A stretch of 64,000 bases of DNA, from assembly GCF_025526975.1 (NCBI RefSeq), contig NW_026515668.1, positions 1,054,001-1,118,000 on the forward strand, written 5' to 3'. The notes under the pieces are model-generated. The model saw only the letters and a program-made list of their open reading frames with translations. It ran no database searches and had not been told where the DNA came from. This stretch comes from Fimicolochytrium jonesii. Lineage: Eukaryota. Shown one piece after another: positions 38,043 to 53,700 of this stretch. A program made the translations under genes and the position numbers. Positions within the stretch are counted from its first letter, which is position 1, and each line of letters opens with the position of its first letter.

Positions 38043-39391
38043 ATGGCACACTACGAAAGCGACTTTGAACCGCTCGATGCAGAGATTCCGGGCAAACATG
38101 CTCAGGGAGCACAGTCATCCGTGCGAGTGTTTGGATTGAGAGGTTCGGAGTCTGATATCTATGCTCCATACAAGACGTCCAAGGTACATTCCCGGACTGG
38201 TGAGTGCGTTTCACAGTGGTTGATGATGATGAACTTCACTCTCAAGCGACTTGCTGTCTCTCAGAACCTCCCGCGCTTTCGAATAACGAGCAGAAAAGAG
38301 CCGCATCCGGTGAGCTCCGAAACGAAAGCCTTTACAGCTAGGTGCCTTCACAGCTGGCCAGTTTGGGAAAGGAAACTTACATTGCATTGTAGGAAAGAAG
38401 CGGCGGAAACATGTAGAAAAGCCAGTGGCCCGGGCGCCAGCAGTAGCTACGTCGTCGCGATCAACAGTCCCCACCAACTTCGACGACATTGCCAAGCTGG
38501 TCGCTGTCATCGATGAACAGCGAGTGACTATCGCGAAACTGAAAGATGAGCTGCGAACGTCTAGAATCGTAAGTTGCGAGGCACACCCGTCATGACTACA
38601 ATAGGTGGCTCACATGCCGCACTCTCATTTAGGTGGCTCAAAGGCAGGAGAAAGCTATTCAGCAGTTGAACAAGGATCAGAATGACTTCCCCAGGCTGTA
38701 CAGCCACCTGAACACGGAGATTCGTGGACTGAAGGTGAGATGTCATTCTGCCATACGATCCGTCGTGCGTCTCTTCTGATGTTTCCCGTGGCACATCGTG
38801 TTCAGCTCGAAAAACGGCGGGACCGAGCAAATTTCGAGCAGCTATCGCATAATGCACAGAGTCAGGTTGCCGAGAACGTGCGCCTGAGGGCGCTGGTACA
38901 GAAACTCCAGTCAGAGAACAGAGATCTCAAGGACAGAAGGAAAGCATCAGTGGCGAATGAGGAAGTACTAGATACCCCGGTTGCAGTCAATAGCAAAGGC
39001 GATCGAAAACCGACGCAGCAGGTACATAGCCTCAAATATATGGGAACGGCCTCACACCAATGTTTTGACCTCCCCTTGCACGTAGAAGGCCGTGTACGGA
39101 ACTCAAAGACTACCATCAAAGCCTCAACCAGTTTTGAAGGCTAAAAGTGAGCAGAATGGTAAAGCCGCTCCAGCGACAACCCAAGCTGCAAAACCGGCAC
39201 CGAAAGGCCCGAAGGACCCGTCTGCATACGAGGAGGACTTTGATGACGAGGAACCAAGTGATGAGGGGGACGGGTACGATGATGACTTTGCGAGCGAAAC
39301 AGGTTCAGCGCATTCCGGCTCCGACTTGGCTTCTTCATTCATGGCATCGTCGCCGTCGAGGAAGAGCATACCACTGGGAACCGTGCGCTGA
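38043..39391 (+). CDS. coiled-coil protein with lebercilin (LCA5)-like domain
   Basis: Spliced segment LKDELRTSRI|VAQRQEKAIQQLNKDQNDFPRLYSHLNTEIRGLK|LEKRRDR...LQSENRDL resembles the lebercilin RQEKAL...HNxEI core. Acidic YEEDF/YDDDF tail. The exon model is uncertain. Confidence 0.5.
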
Positions 39392-39824
39392 AGTGTTCGA
39401 GAGGGGTCATGTAGGCCATATGTCACAAGGAAGCCGTTCAACAATGTCGGCGCGACGGGGAGGGGCCGCAGATATGCTCCTGAAGAGACGACAACCAGCT
39501 GATGTTATCGCTGGATTGGGCCGAAGCTTTGATGGAAATGGAACAACGAGTATCTCCGGCCTGCTCGATGGACATCTGCTTCAGCGCTGACGCATAGATT
39601 GTAAAATACGTACATATTATTGGGTAGTAGATGTTCGTTGTGCGCTGTCCGCTGTTCGAACACCGTTTCAATTGGATTCCGTCCTCCCGACGGTCAATGG
39701 ACATGTTTGTGTTGCAAGGACAGTGTATGCTACTCCCTTACTGTAGACCGATGTCCCAGGTCCGAAGCTCGAGCATTCCGAGCGACAGCATAATGTGCGT
39801 GTAAATCTTGCTCCTTGTCATGGT

Positions 39825-40643
39825 CTATTTGAGATCTGCATGAAGCTGTTCTCGTTCTCTATACAGTTCTTCTACCCACTTCCGTACTGTTGGGTGACGG
39901 AACTTCCCTTCTGTAGAAGCGTAGAACGTATCCAGCTTCATGTTATGCCCTATTTGAGGACCCACCTGTGAGCCTAGTGGTATGTAAACACATATGAAAC
40001 GCATACGACACTCACGCTTCTCGTATTCGAAGGCCTGAACAATCATCTCAAACTTGTCCAGGTCTTTCACATATAGTGCCTCCTCTGTTGTCGCCTCTTC
40101 ATACTCTGTCCACAAGCTTCTAATCTCCAAGGCTTCCGGTGATGAATCCAGGTGCCTAACTACCTCGTCCATGCCCTCCTTCTCCAGCCTGAATTTCTCC
40201 TCTTTGCTTACGCCGCTGTGTGGCGTTATGTCCCCTGCTATCGATTCCGCAAGATCGTGCACTATCGCCATCTTGATGCATTTCGTTCGGTCAAGCGACT
40301 TATCGTTTATCAAGAGTGCCAGGACACCCTAAACGCGCCGCCCATACGATAGGTTCGATCGGTGAGGAAGTGTGCCGACCTCGAGGTTGAGAAACCGCCT
40401 AGTGTCGGGCTCTGAAGACTCTGACGGAGCGTTAAACATACCATCCTATGCATATGGTCGCTTATGGACTCTGCGTCGCCAATTTTGTTGTCCACCCATC
40501 CTGTCCGTTTGGTCCGCTGCATGTCGGTCAAGAACTCCTAAGTCATGGGGTTCCGTCCCCACGGGACTCTCAACAACGAAGGCACATACCTTCAGGTTCT
40601 CAATGACGTGAAGGAAACGCAGAACTCCCGCCGGGGTAGACAT
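39825..40643 (-). CDS. HDDC2: HD-domain 5'-deoxynucleotidase (HDDC2/YGK1-like)
   Basis: RTKRTGWV, ESISDHMHRM, VHDLAESIAGDITP, VKDLDKFEM. Confidence 0.9.
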
Positions 40644-40849
40644 TGCACCGCCGCAAATGTTGTAGGGCGAATAAGGCTGTGAAAAGAAGGTTAAGTGAAA
40701 TACAGTGAACGGGGGTCGGTGTCAGCCCTACAGACTTGGTCTGAAATGAAACCGAGTCGGACACCGCAATGGCCTTACCTGAGCAAATTGCGTTGCAGTA
40801 AGGAGCTCAGTATACTGTTGGTGGTTTTCCGAGTAAGACTTGAGCGGAA

Positions 40850-43800
40850 ATGTCCAGAAGGGGAGGAAGAAGGGCATCGGCTGCCCCCAGCTCCGCCAGT
40901 TCAAGACGCGAAGGGCCTTCACGCGAAGTCGAAGACGACGTTGCGCAGGACGCAGCATTGGTGGCAGCCCAGGACCCGCAGAATGCGGAAGTACCAGGGA
41001 CTGTCGGAGAGGCAGCGCAAGGCGCTTCTGTCGCGGAAAGTACAGGGTCGACTGAAGCGCGATCGCAACCCGACCTTGCTTCGGATGGTTCGGGCCCATT
41101 AGCGACGACGACATCATTCAGCGTCATAGCACCGACAGATGCGCCCGCTGTGGGGGCGGACACCTCGCAGGAAAGCTTGGCGAAAGATGTAGATCCCTCA
41201 GCGAACCCCGAAGCAGCGCTCTCACCTGCTGCCGCTCCGAGTGCGCTTGTCACAGAACCAACGCCGACGCAGCCAGAGACTGACAAGCCCGAGGTCGACG
41301 ACTTGCCGGGAGCTGAGGACAAACGACACCATGATAGCCTGTATCTAGCGATGGAGTTGGAGTATGATGAAACATGGCAAGACATTGCAGATATGAGTTC
41401 GTTGGGTCCTTTCCGATCAGAGTACGAGAAAATGCACCGAGCGGTGCTCAAATCGCGAAGCAATATCGAGAAGATGTATGGCCAATACGAAACATCGTAT
41501 CGGGAGTACTGTGTCAACCTGGTGCAGACGCAAGAGGCGAAAGAATCTTCCATACAAGATCAGCATATGATTAAGTCACTTCGCACACAGATCACAAAAG
41601 CGGAGGAGACGGTGGAGGCGAGCATGAAACTGGAGGAGTCCTTCAAGGAAGAGTTGCGGCAGCTGAAGATCGAAGTTGGCAATCTGAACGCAACTATGCA
41701 GCAAGGGGTGGGACTCAGTGCCACCCAAGAAAAGACGCTTCAGGAGCTCATACAAGCGAAAGAGCAGTCCACCAAGGAATTGGAAGAGGAGCTCGAGAAG
41801 ATCGTCCACCTGCGGAATAGCATAGCCGATGTCTCCGAACGAATCAAAATGGCAGACCAGCAAAAGCGCGAACTCGAACGCGAGATCTACGAACTTCGTG
41901 ACAGGAGCGCATCGAAGAAAGCTGAAATCGATGCCGAGCTTCGGATAAAAGAGAAACTGGAACGAGATTTGCGCGAGTTGCGGGTGGTTGTCGGTGTGAA
42001 GTTGCAGGAAGTGAGGGGAAAGCAAGACGCGGTAAACCGTGCCACGGATGATATTACCATAATCGAGTCTCAAATCCGAACTCAGAGGCAGATGACCGAG
42101 AAGCTGGTCAAAGATGAAGAAGCGCTGAACATCCGAATGGACGCGTTGCAGATCGAAGCGAACGAGCAGATGGAGCTCACATCGGATTTGATGGAGCAGA
42201 ATGTCTTGATGGCGAGCGAGCTGCGGCGGCGGGAAGGCCAGTTGGAGAAGAACCTGAGCGAGGTCAGGAAAGTGGCCAAAATCAAGGACGCGCTAGTGAA
42301 GAAGCTGCAAGCCTGTGAGGAGCAAAAACTGGAAGCCGAGCTTGAGCGTAAAGACATTCGGTTGGAATGCGAAGGGAAACTCGACACTATCGAGGCCACC
42401 AAGCGTCAAATCGACGTGCACAAGAAAGCAATGGACGATTTGACGAGAGAGCGAGACTTGATTGAGAATAACTTCCACAAGGCGCAATCCGAGCTCAATG
42501 CTCACGAGCGCATGATCCTGCTCTGCAAGCAGACTCGGCATAACATCGAGCTTGACATTGCACGCTACAATCGCGAATGCACCGATCAGACAAAGACCAT
42601 CAAAATGCTACAAGCAGAGCGGGATGGGTACATTGCAGAGTCCATCAAACTGCAAACTGCATGCGTTGCGGGCTTCCAGGAAATTAAGAGCAAGGAGGTG
42701 GAGCTCTTCGATTACAAAAAGCGCACGAGCCAGGCAGACACGAAGCTCAAACACCAGCAGAACTTGTACGAGGCTGTGCAGAGCGATAGAAACCTGCACA
42801 GCAAACATCTTATTGAAGCACAGGCAGAGATAGCCAAAATGAAGCGGAGGTTGAAAATTATGAATTTCCAAATCAACGGCTTCAAAGAAGATATCAACTC
42901 GAAACAGCAGGCTCTCACCGCCGAAGCAGCAGAGCATGCAAAGCTGCAAAAAGATATCGAGATCATATCGGAGGAGATCGCGACTTTGCAGCATCAGAAT
43001 GATCTCGGCCAGGCCTACATCCGATCACAGAGCGCCGAGGCCAACAAGCTCAACCAGTTTGTGAAGGAAGCGGAAATGGAGCGATCGCGGCAAGAAAACG
43101 CACTGAAGATTCTCGTAACGGAGCGCGACAACCTGAGCAACCAACTGATCAAACAGAACGGGGAGCTAGAGAAAGCCTATGACGCACTGAAGTTACGGCA
43201 GGCATCCCTTCTGTGCAGTGAAAGGCACTTTGCGGCGCATATTGAGAAGATCTCTGAGCTCCGCCGGGAGATATCGAGACTCAGGCGAGAAAAAGCTGGC
43301 CTGGATCTTGAATCTTCTGCTCACCTTAACACGCAGGAAACTGCCCGTCACCTCGAAACCGACCTCCTCACGCAGCAGATGCGGATCAAAGCCCTCGAAG
43401 ACCAGCTCAAACACCGCATCAACGTCCACCGCTGGCGCAAACTCGAGGGCAAAAACCCAAAAGTCTTCGATATGATCCTACTCCTGCAATCCTTGCAAAA
43501 GAAGCTTATCATGAAGTCTCAGGAGGAAAATGACAAGGAGAAGCTGATACACAGCAAAGAGATGCTGTACCTGTACCTCAAAACACTGCTTGCCAAGCAA
43601 GTCGGCCCCGAAGCCCTCGAGCAGATTTCAGAGTACCAACAGATCCTAAAAGATAAAAACATGCAGTTCAGACACATGGGCACCGAGCTGAACATGTACC
43701 AAGCGCAACTGCGAGAATATCGATACGAGATTTCCCAGTTCGACAAAACCATGCAAGTGCTCAAGTCACAATACTTGGTGGAGCATCGGGATCGAGGGAT

Positions 43801-44296
43801 GAATAACAGTCCTGTGGGGAAGAAGAAGATCAGAGCCGCGGTGGGAAGTGGGAAGTTCCCCAACGGGCCGCCTCCACCGCTTCTGCCGTCGATGGATAGG
43901 GCCGACGCCAACCGGACGCCTCCGTTGAGGAGTCGAGCGTCGGAGGTGGACGTTGCACCGGAATCGCAAACGAGCGGGCCTGAACCGATGATTGCGGAGC
44001 CGGCGGAAAGATCTCTCGCACCGACGGACGATGTCGCATATGGTCAGGCACCACTGGGCGATGACCTTGCACCGCAGGATGAACCCGCTCCGCCGCACGA
44101 TGATCCGATAGCAGAACAGGCGGAACAGGACCTCCCACTGTTTGCCTCAGAGGATGATGGGCCGAGCTCTGCTGCGAGCCCTGAGGCGCATGATTATGAG
44201 AACGATGGGGAGGCGCGGAATGCAGATACGCAGGCGTCCTCGTCGCCGGTAGTTGAGGATGACGACATTGATGCGCCAATACAGCAGCTATCCTGA
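40850..44296 (+). CDS. CFAP58: cilia- and flagella-associated protein 58-like (CCDC147)
   Basis: 1148-aa coiled-coil ORF with KLKHQQNLYEAVQSDRNLHSKHLIEAQ and NVHRWRKLEG. Confidence 0.85.
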   Translation: MSRRGGRRASAAPSSASSRREGPSREVEDDVAQDAALVAAQDPQNAEVPGTVGEAAQGASVAESTGSTEARSQPDLASDGSGPLATTTSFSVIAPTDAPAVGADTSQESLAKDVDPSANPEAALSPAAAPSALVTEPTPTQPETDKPEVDDLPGAEDKRHHDSLYLAMELEYDETWQDIADMSSLGPFRSEYEKMHRAVLKSRSNIEKMYGQYETSYREYCVNLVQTQEAKESSIQDQHMIKSLRTQITKAEETVEASMKLEESFKEELRQLKIEVGNLNATMQQGVGLSATQEKTLQELIQAKEQSTKELEEELEKIVHLRNSIADVSERIKMADQQKRELEREIYELRDRSASKKAEIDAELRIKEKLERDLRELRVVVGVKLQEVRGKQDAVNRATDDITIIESQIRTQRQMTEKLVKDEEALNIRMDALQIEANEQMELTSDLMEQNVLMASELRRREGQLEKNLSEVRKVAKIKDALVKKLQACEEQKLEAELERKDIRLECEGKLDTIEATKRQIDVHKKAMDDLTRERDLIENNFHKAQSELNAHERMILLCKQTRHNIELDIARYNRECTDQTKTIKMLQAERDGYIAESIKLQTACVAGFQEIKSKEVELFDYKKRTSQADTKLKHQQNLYEAVQSDRNLHSKHLIEAQAEIAKMKRRLKIMNFQINGFKEDINSKQQALTAEAAEHAKLQKDIEIISEEIATLQHQNDLGQAYIRSQSAEANKLNQFVKEAEMERSRQENALKILVTERDNLSNQLIKQNGELEKAYDALKLRQASLLCSERHFAAHIEKISELRREISRLRREKAGLDLESSAHLNTQETARHLETDLLTQQMRIKALEDQLKHRINVHRWRKLEGKNPKVFDMILLLQSLQKKLIMKSQEENDKEKLIHSKEMLYLYLKTLLAKQVGPEALEQISEYQQILKDKNMQFRHMGTELNMYQAQLREYRYEISQFDKTMQVLKSQYLVEHRDRGMNNSPVGKKKIRAAVGSGKFPNGPPPPLLPSMDRADANRTPPLRSRASEVDVAPESQTSGPEPMIAEPAERSLAPTDDVAYGQAPLGDDLAPQDEPAPPHDDPIAEQAEQDLPLFASEDDGPSSAASPEAHDYENDGEARNADTQASSSPVVEDDDIDAPIQQLS

Positions 44297-44582
44297 GACG
44301 GGAATATTCTCTCATTCGCGGCAGGCGGGCGATGTCTATAGTGGCCCCGTACCCCTAGTATCTACATACAATTTTGGTGTTCTGTGCTTATATACAAGTC
44401 TACAATGATAGTCGCCGTGGCGTTCGGATACTAAGCTGCATACGTGACAGAGAGATATGTCTGGACGAGGATCCATAGCCTGGTGCCTAAACCCTTCTGC
44501 GCGTTACTGATGCTACAGCTACATCCGAAAATCGCGCCAGCCTTGCTAAGCACGCAAGCAAGGTTTGTTCACTCCAAAAACA

Positions 44583-45462
44583 TCACCCAATCAGAGCTGC
44601 TGTCGTAGCTTGTGAGTCGGACGCGTCTGATGGCACAAGACGCCGCAGTTCATTGAACGCCTTTGAGAAGAACGGGCGAATCTCGTTGATTTCCATCAAT
44701 CCCAGGTTGTCCATCTACGATTCGAAGTCGTCAGATCAACTCACACTTCCCGTGCGTTCGATCATCCTGAGTACAGGCCGCCCGTTCGTCCGTACCTGTA
44801 GATAGTATGGATCGAGTGCTTGCAAACCCTGCCGCGCCTTTCGTTGCCGTGCCTCCCGCAGGTCTTTCAGCAGTGTCCGTACCAGGTCTGCCTGCGGTAC
44901 ATCGTCGCTAGCACTGTGGGATGGGGACAACTATGTCAGGGTTGTTTCCTTATCTCCGATATCCCATGAATGCCTCGACAGTTACCACGCTAATAATAAG
45001 TGGGCTGTCTCCATATAACGAAATGGTAGCGCACTGAACTCCTCGTTGGCGTTTTCTTCCTCAATTTTCTCCCGGAGAAACTCTGTAATGAGTATGCACC
45101 TAGCTTCAGCCGATGCGGTAGAGAAGTCCATGCCCAGATACACCACCAATCCCCACCTACGTCCATCCAGTTTGGCGGTTGTATCTGACACTTATGCTTC
45201 TGCTTCAGCGTTATTGCAAGCCAAACCGGCACATCCTGCTTTATCGGTGGTCTGAAAGGCCCAAAAGATCCCTGTATTATGAGATTCGGTTGGTATCAAC
45301 AAAAGATTTGTGGTTTTTTTAGTTGCTTGAAAAACGGCGTACATTTATCAGCTGAAGCTGGTCCATCCTCTGCCTCGGTATTATGGATATTGTGTCGCTT
45401 TCGGCCAGGAATTCGATCTCAGCAGGCGTGAAAGCGTTGCGCATATTCTTTGGAAGGGCCAT
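44583..45462 (-). CDS. PSF2: GINS complex subunit Psf2
   Basis: FTPAEIEFLAE, VPVWLAITLKQKHKCQIQPPNWM, FSALPFRYME, LLKDLREARQRK, LGLMEINEIRPF. Confidence 0.93.
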
Positions 45463-46082
45463 AGCGACCGTTGCAGCGCTCCTGGGAGCGGAGTAGGAAG
45501 CCGGATGTTTTGTTTCGTTGTTGGGCGCGGCCGGAAAACGTTCTCTGAGCGGAAAGTCAGAGGCGGCTTCAAGTATCGTGTCGTAGAGGGAGACAAGCGG
45601 GACTTTCTTCGACAAGACCGGGAGGAGACCTTTCAAGCACTGAGAGAGGCTGCTGAAGCTGATGCATGGACTTGTGTGTATGTGCCTGTGCAAGCCGGGG
45701 CTTCTTCTCGGTGGTTGCGGTGGGAAAGGGAAACGTCCGACGCATTGGCCGCGAGAGAGCGAGACTGAGAGAGCGTCCGGACAAGACGGGAGACTTTCCG
45801 CTCTTTCCCTCAGACCCGCAAGCACTGTGCCCATACGCTCCTACATGTACACAGCCGCACTGACACACATACAGGAAAAGAAGGTGAGCGGCCGCCTCCT
45901 CACACCTGTATGCTCTCTCGGCCACTGGCGGGAGTCGCTAAGCACATAAGTCTTAGCTCCTAAGATTTCGCGGCTCCCAACATCATCACCTAGCGCACAA
46001 GCGCGTTTTCTCGGCCCGACCTGCGCTGGCCTTCTGTTAATTCCACTGACTTGCGCCTCACACCCTTGGCCAACCGCATGAT

Positions 46083-47273
46083 ATGATCCGGAACGTATCC
46101 TCCGTTCGGGCGGTCCAGTTCCAACTTCAGCGAGGAAACGAGAATGGCGGACTCGACAAGGAAAACGCGGTGGTGGGCAGGTCGGCGCCCGCAAAGACTC
46201 CCATGCCTGGAAAAATCGGGTTCAGGACGCCTTCACGCACGGGCTTGACCGCCAAGAAGACTACAAACACTGTCATTTTGGATAAGGAGAACACGCCGTT
46301 CGCAGAGCCGACTGCGACGAAGGGTGCGCATCGCGCGTTGAAGACACCTGCTGCTAAAGGTTGGGACTTGTACGGCGTGTGCCGCGTATGATGTCTCACG
46401 ATCGCGGCTCTGACCTCTTTGATGTACGCAGTCCTCGTCGCTTCTACAGCGCTCCAAGGCAAATCAGTGAATGTGCGACAAGCCAAGAAGCCTCTGGACA
46501 CAGCAGCCAAGAAAGAGATCAAGCACATATCGCTCGTCACTTCGAAAACACCCAGCCAAGCAACCACGACCCGTCCCTTCCTTCAGCAAAAGCCCATCAA
46601 TACCCCGCACACGCACGCATATAGAGATTCATACAAAACGCCCCTCAACCACCCTCTCAAGTATTCTGCTTTCGAAACGCCAGATGGATCGCAGAAATCT
46701 CTTGAAAAGTCGGAGAAAATTAGAGAAGCGAGACGGGCGTCGGTTAGGAGGTCTTCTGCTCAGAAATCCTCGGTGAAGAATGAAGCGGGAAAGAGCGGTG
46801 TGAGCGAGCCTCCGGCTCCGGTGATTGCGAAGGAGGAAGAGGATGTAGAGGTTGAGTATATGCCGCCTGTGTCGAAAGGTAAAAGCAGCATTACCGCTTT
46901 TGAAACGTCTTTATCGTACATGTGCATTGACGACCGTGCGTCTTTCAGCACTTCCATTTGTGCCCCACCCGGACCTGATCGTGGACCACAAAGTCCTCAC
47001 TACCCCCGTGTTAGACGTGCCTTGGAACGCAATCCCTCCCGGCCCGGACCTGCCAGAGTTCATCCCGCCAGACTTTGGTGCTTTCTCGCCGCCTTCTGTT
47101 GCTTTTGGTGCGTCACTACTGTGAAAATTATTCATGCCCGGCTGATGCTAAACTCTCGTTCCTCATTAGACCTGCCCAACGCCGACGATATACCCTGGTT
47201 GGAACTGCCTGACGAAGATGATTTTGGACTGCGCGATGAAGTTTTCCTTGAACTCAAACCTTTGAGTGCGTGA
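46083..47273 (+). CDS. putative securin (Pds1/Cut2-like)
   Basis: Two DKEN boxes, many TP/KTP CDK sites in a basic N-terminal half, an EDVEVEYMPP separase-inhibitory-type motif, and an acidic C-terminus. Confidence 0.65.
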
Positions 47274-47532
47274 GCTGCATATAAAGTCACTTCCCGGTCT
47301 CCCACTGTAATACCCCCTGTATATGCAAACTGTACAAAGTCCTCGCGCGCACATATCCTGCCCGTGGACTGGAATACGCGCCATTCATTTGGTTCCGCCG
47401 TTCTGCTGTGTAAATAATTCGTAAATGCCATACTGTAAGGTGACTCGGACGGTGACTCTCCCATGATTGGACCACCAAGCGTATGCGGCATTTGCATTAG
47501 ATGTTGAAAATTGACACGATGTACATTATAGT

Positions 47533-50371
<2,839 letters not shown>

Positions 50372-50792
50372 TGAGTGATACTTCTGGTCACCTCCCAACC
50401 CTCAGAGCGTTCGCATGCAGTCCAAATGCCGCCACCGTCAATGCGGAGATTGAGGAATGTGGCTTGGTGCGGTCGATGACTCACGCGTCTCTCTGTTGGG
50501 GCGTACCATGAGCCGAGTGGGTGGTGTGGGTGTCTGTCTCCCCCCAAAAGATGGCCCGCCCATTAACCCCTCCCTCGGAGTCCCTCATGCAAGTCCTAAT
50601 GCGTGTCTTGTGGGAAGGAAGCCGCCCGCACCAGCGGGAATTCATGCTAATAGCGACATTCTCATACGGCGCGTCGCATCAACAATCCCCCCTCCCGCAA
50701 GCCTTGCAGGGAGACCCTCGCATTACCTTCTTCAAGCCTATTGGATTCTGTCGCCCGTAGGAGTTGGAGAAGAGCCGTTCCAAAAAAGTTAT

Positions 50793-53700
50793 ATGGTAGA
50801 TCCCACGACAAAGCCGCAAGGAATGTTGTCGGTAGCAGAGATCTCCACGTACCCGGTGGGCAAGGTGCCCGGCCAGGGTGCAAAAGTTGAAGCCTACCTT
50901 CGCAAGTCGCTGCAGGAGCGAATCATGTTCATCGACGGTGCCATGGGAACAATGATTCAGCGATACAGGTTCTCCGAACAGGATTTCAGGACGGAACGGT
51001 TCAAGGACCACCCGAAGGACTTCTTGAAGGGCAATAACGACTTGCTGTCCATCACCCAGCCCAAAGCAATTTACGAGATCCACTGCAAATACCTGGAGTC
51101 CGGGTCGGACATGATTGAGACAAACACCTTCTCCTCGACATCGATCGCACAGGCCGATTATCTGATGCAGGACCTCGTTTACGAGATGAACATCGAGTCG
51201 GCGAGATTAGCAAAGAAGGCTTGCGAGGAGTACACGAAGAAGGATCCCTCAAAGCCACGTTTCGTCGCGGGTGCCATCGGTCCCACAAATCAAACGTTAT
51301 CCATCTCTCCGTCAGTCGAGAACCCGTCATATCGTGCGACAACCTTCGATGCCATGGTGGCTGCCTACGCCGAGCAGGTGCGAGGTCTACTGGATGGTGG
51401 CTCTGATGTCTTGCTGGTTGAGACGATTTTCGACACATTGAACGCTAAAGCCGCGCTATACGCCATCGACGTGGTGTTTGAGGAAGATGGGTACGACAGG
51501 GTTCCCATCCTGGTGTCTGGAACGATTGTTGACCAATCTGGACGTACGCTGTCTGGTCAGACCGGAGAGGCTTTCATTGCCTCCGTCGGTCACAGTGATC
51601 CATTGGCCATCGGACTCAACTGCGCTTTGGGTGCCGACCAAATGTTGCCATTCCTGCAAAACATCTCCAAGAACAACCCCACTTTCATTATCTGTTATCC
51701 CAACGCCGGTCTTCCCAACACCTTCGGAGAGTACGACCAATCACCTGCGGACATGGCAGAGCAGGTTCGACCGTTCGCCGAGTTGGGACTTCTGAACATC
51801 GTTGGAGGATGTTGTGGTACCACCCCCGACCACATCAAAGCGATCGCAGACATGTGTAAAGGATACGCACCCCGTGTGCCGCCCACGATAGATCCGGAAA
51901 CGTTGATCGTATCCGGTCTCGAGACACTGAAGATTAACAAGGAAACTGGATTCGTTAACATCGGAGAGAGATGTAACGTCTCCGGTTCCCGAGTGTTTGC
52001 AAAGAAGATCTTGAACGGAGCATACGAGGAAGCCCTCGCCATCGGACGAGCCCAAGTCGAAGCCGGAGCGCAGGTCATCGACATCAACATGGATGAAGGT
52101 CTCTTGGACGGCAAAGTCGCCATCGCAAAGTTCCTTAACTACATCGCCTCCGAGCCCGACATTGCAAAAGTCCCCATCATGGTCGACTCGTCGAATTTCG
52201 AGGTCGTCCTCGCCGGTCTCAAATGCGTGCAGGGGAAATGTATCGTCAACTCGATCAGTTTGAAAGAAGGTGAAGCCGATTTCATCAAAAAGGCGAAAAT
52301 CGTTAAGCGCTTCGGTGCCGCTGTCGTCGTTATGGCGTTCGATGAGACCGGTCAGGCCGTCGAAGCGCAGCGCAAGTACGAGATTTGCGCGCGGTCGTAT
52401 AAGATCCTGACGGAGGTTTGTGGGTTCAAGGGGTGTGAGATTATCTTCGACCCCAATATCCTGACTATCGCGACGGGAATGGAGGAGCATAACCACTACG
52501 CTGTGGAGTTTATTGAATCCAACCGCTTGATCAAGGCCAACCTCCCCGGTGCCAAGATCAGCGGAGGTGTCTCCAACCTGTCGTTCTCCTTCCGTGGAAA
52601 GGAGGTACTCCGTCAGGCCATGCACAGTGTGTTTCTGTACCACGCCATCAAGGCCGGGATGGACATGGGTATCGTCAACGCTGGTTTCCTGACCATCTAC
52701 GACGATATCCCCAAAGACCTTTTGGAAATTTGCGAGAACGCCATCTGGAATAGGGACCCCGAGGTGACCGAGAAGCTTCTCGCCTATGCCGAGACGCACG
52801 GAAAGGACTCGACAAAGTCCGCTGCTGAGGCTGAGGAGTGGCGCAAGGAAGACGTGGAGCAGAGGTTGAAATACGCGTTGGTCAAGGGGATCACCAAACA
52901 CATCATCGAAGACACCGAGGAGGCCCGGCTGAACAAGGAACGGTACCCGCGACCACTGAACGTCATCGAAGGCCCCCTCATGGCCGGCATGTCCGTCGTC
53001 GGAGAACTCTTCGGCGCCGGCAAGATGTTCTTGCCGCAAGTCATCAAATCCGCGCGTGTGATGAAGAGCGCCGTGGCGCATCTGATCCCGTTCATGGAGG
53101 AGGAGCGGCTGGCCAACCTGGCTGCGGGCGGGATCGACGACAGCGATCCGAATGCGGCGTATAACGGGACGGTTGTCCTGGCGACTGTGAAGGGTGATGT
53201 GCACGATATTGGCAAGAATATTGTTGGGGTTGTGTTGGGATGCAATAACTATAAGATTATTGATTTGGGCGTTATGACGCCTTGTGATAAGATTTTGGAC
53301 GCTGCGATCAAGGAGCGCGCGGATGTGATTGGGTTGAGTGGGTTGATTACGCCTAGTTTGGACGAGATGGTGTACGTCGCCAAGGAAATGGAGAGGAAAG
53401 GATTGAAGGTTTGTAACGAGCGATGGGTGAGCTGTCATAGCAGAACTCTATGCTAAAGTGTGCTATGCGTACAGATCCCTCTCCTGATCGGCGGTGCCAC
53501 AACATCCAAAATGCACACCGCCGTAAAGATCGCCCCCCGCTACTCCGAACCCGCCGTGCACGTCCTCGACGCCTCGCGGTCCGTCGTCGTAGTGTCCAAC
53601 CTCCTCGACGGCAAGGTCCGTGAAGACTTTGTCGACGACATTGCAGACGAATACGAGGACCTGCGTGCCGAGCACTACGAAGGGCTGAAGGATCGGCGGT

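Noticed and set aside
50457..50792. 112-aa N-terminal extension of MetH in the ORF track
   Set aside because: Looks like promoter or UTR sequence shared with divergent CFAP100; the ATG at 50793 fits better.
51741..53438. 565-aa minus-strand ORF
   Set aside because: Antisense shadow of metH caused by biased codon usage; no recognisable motifs.
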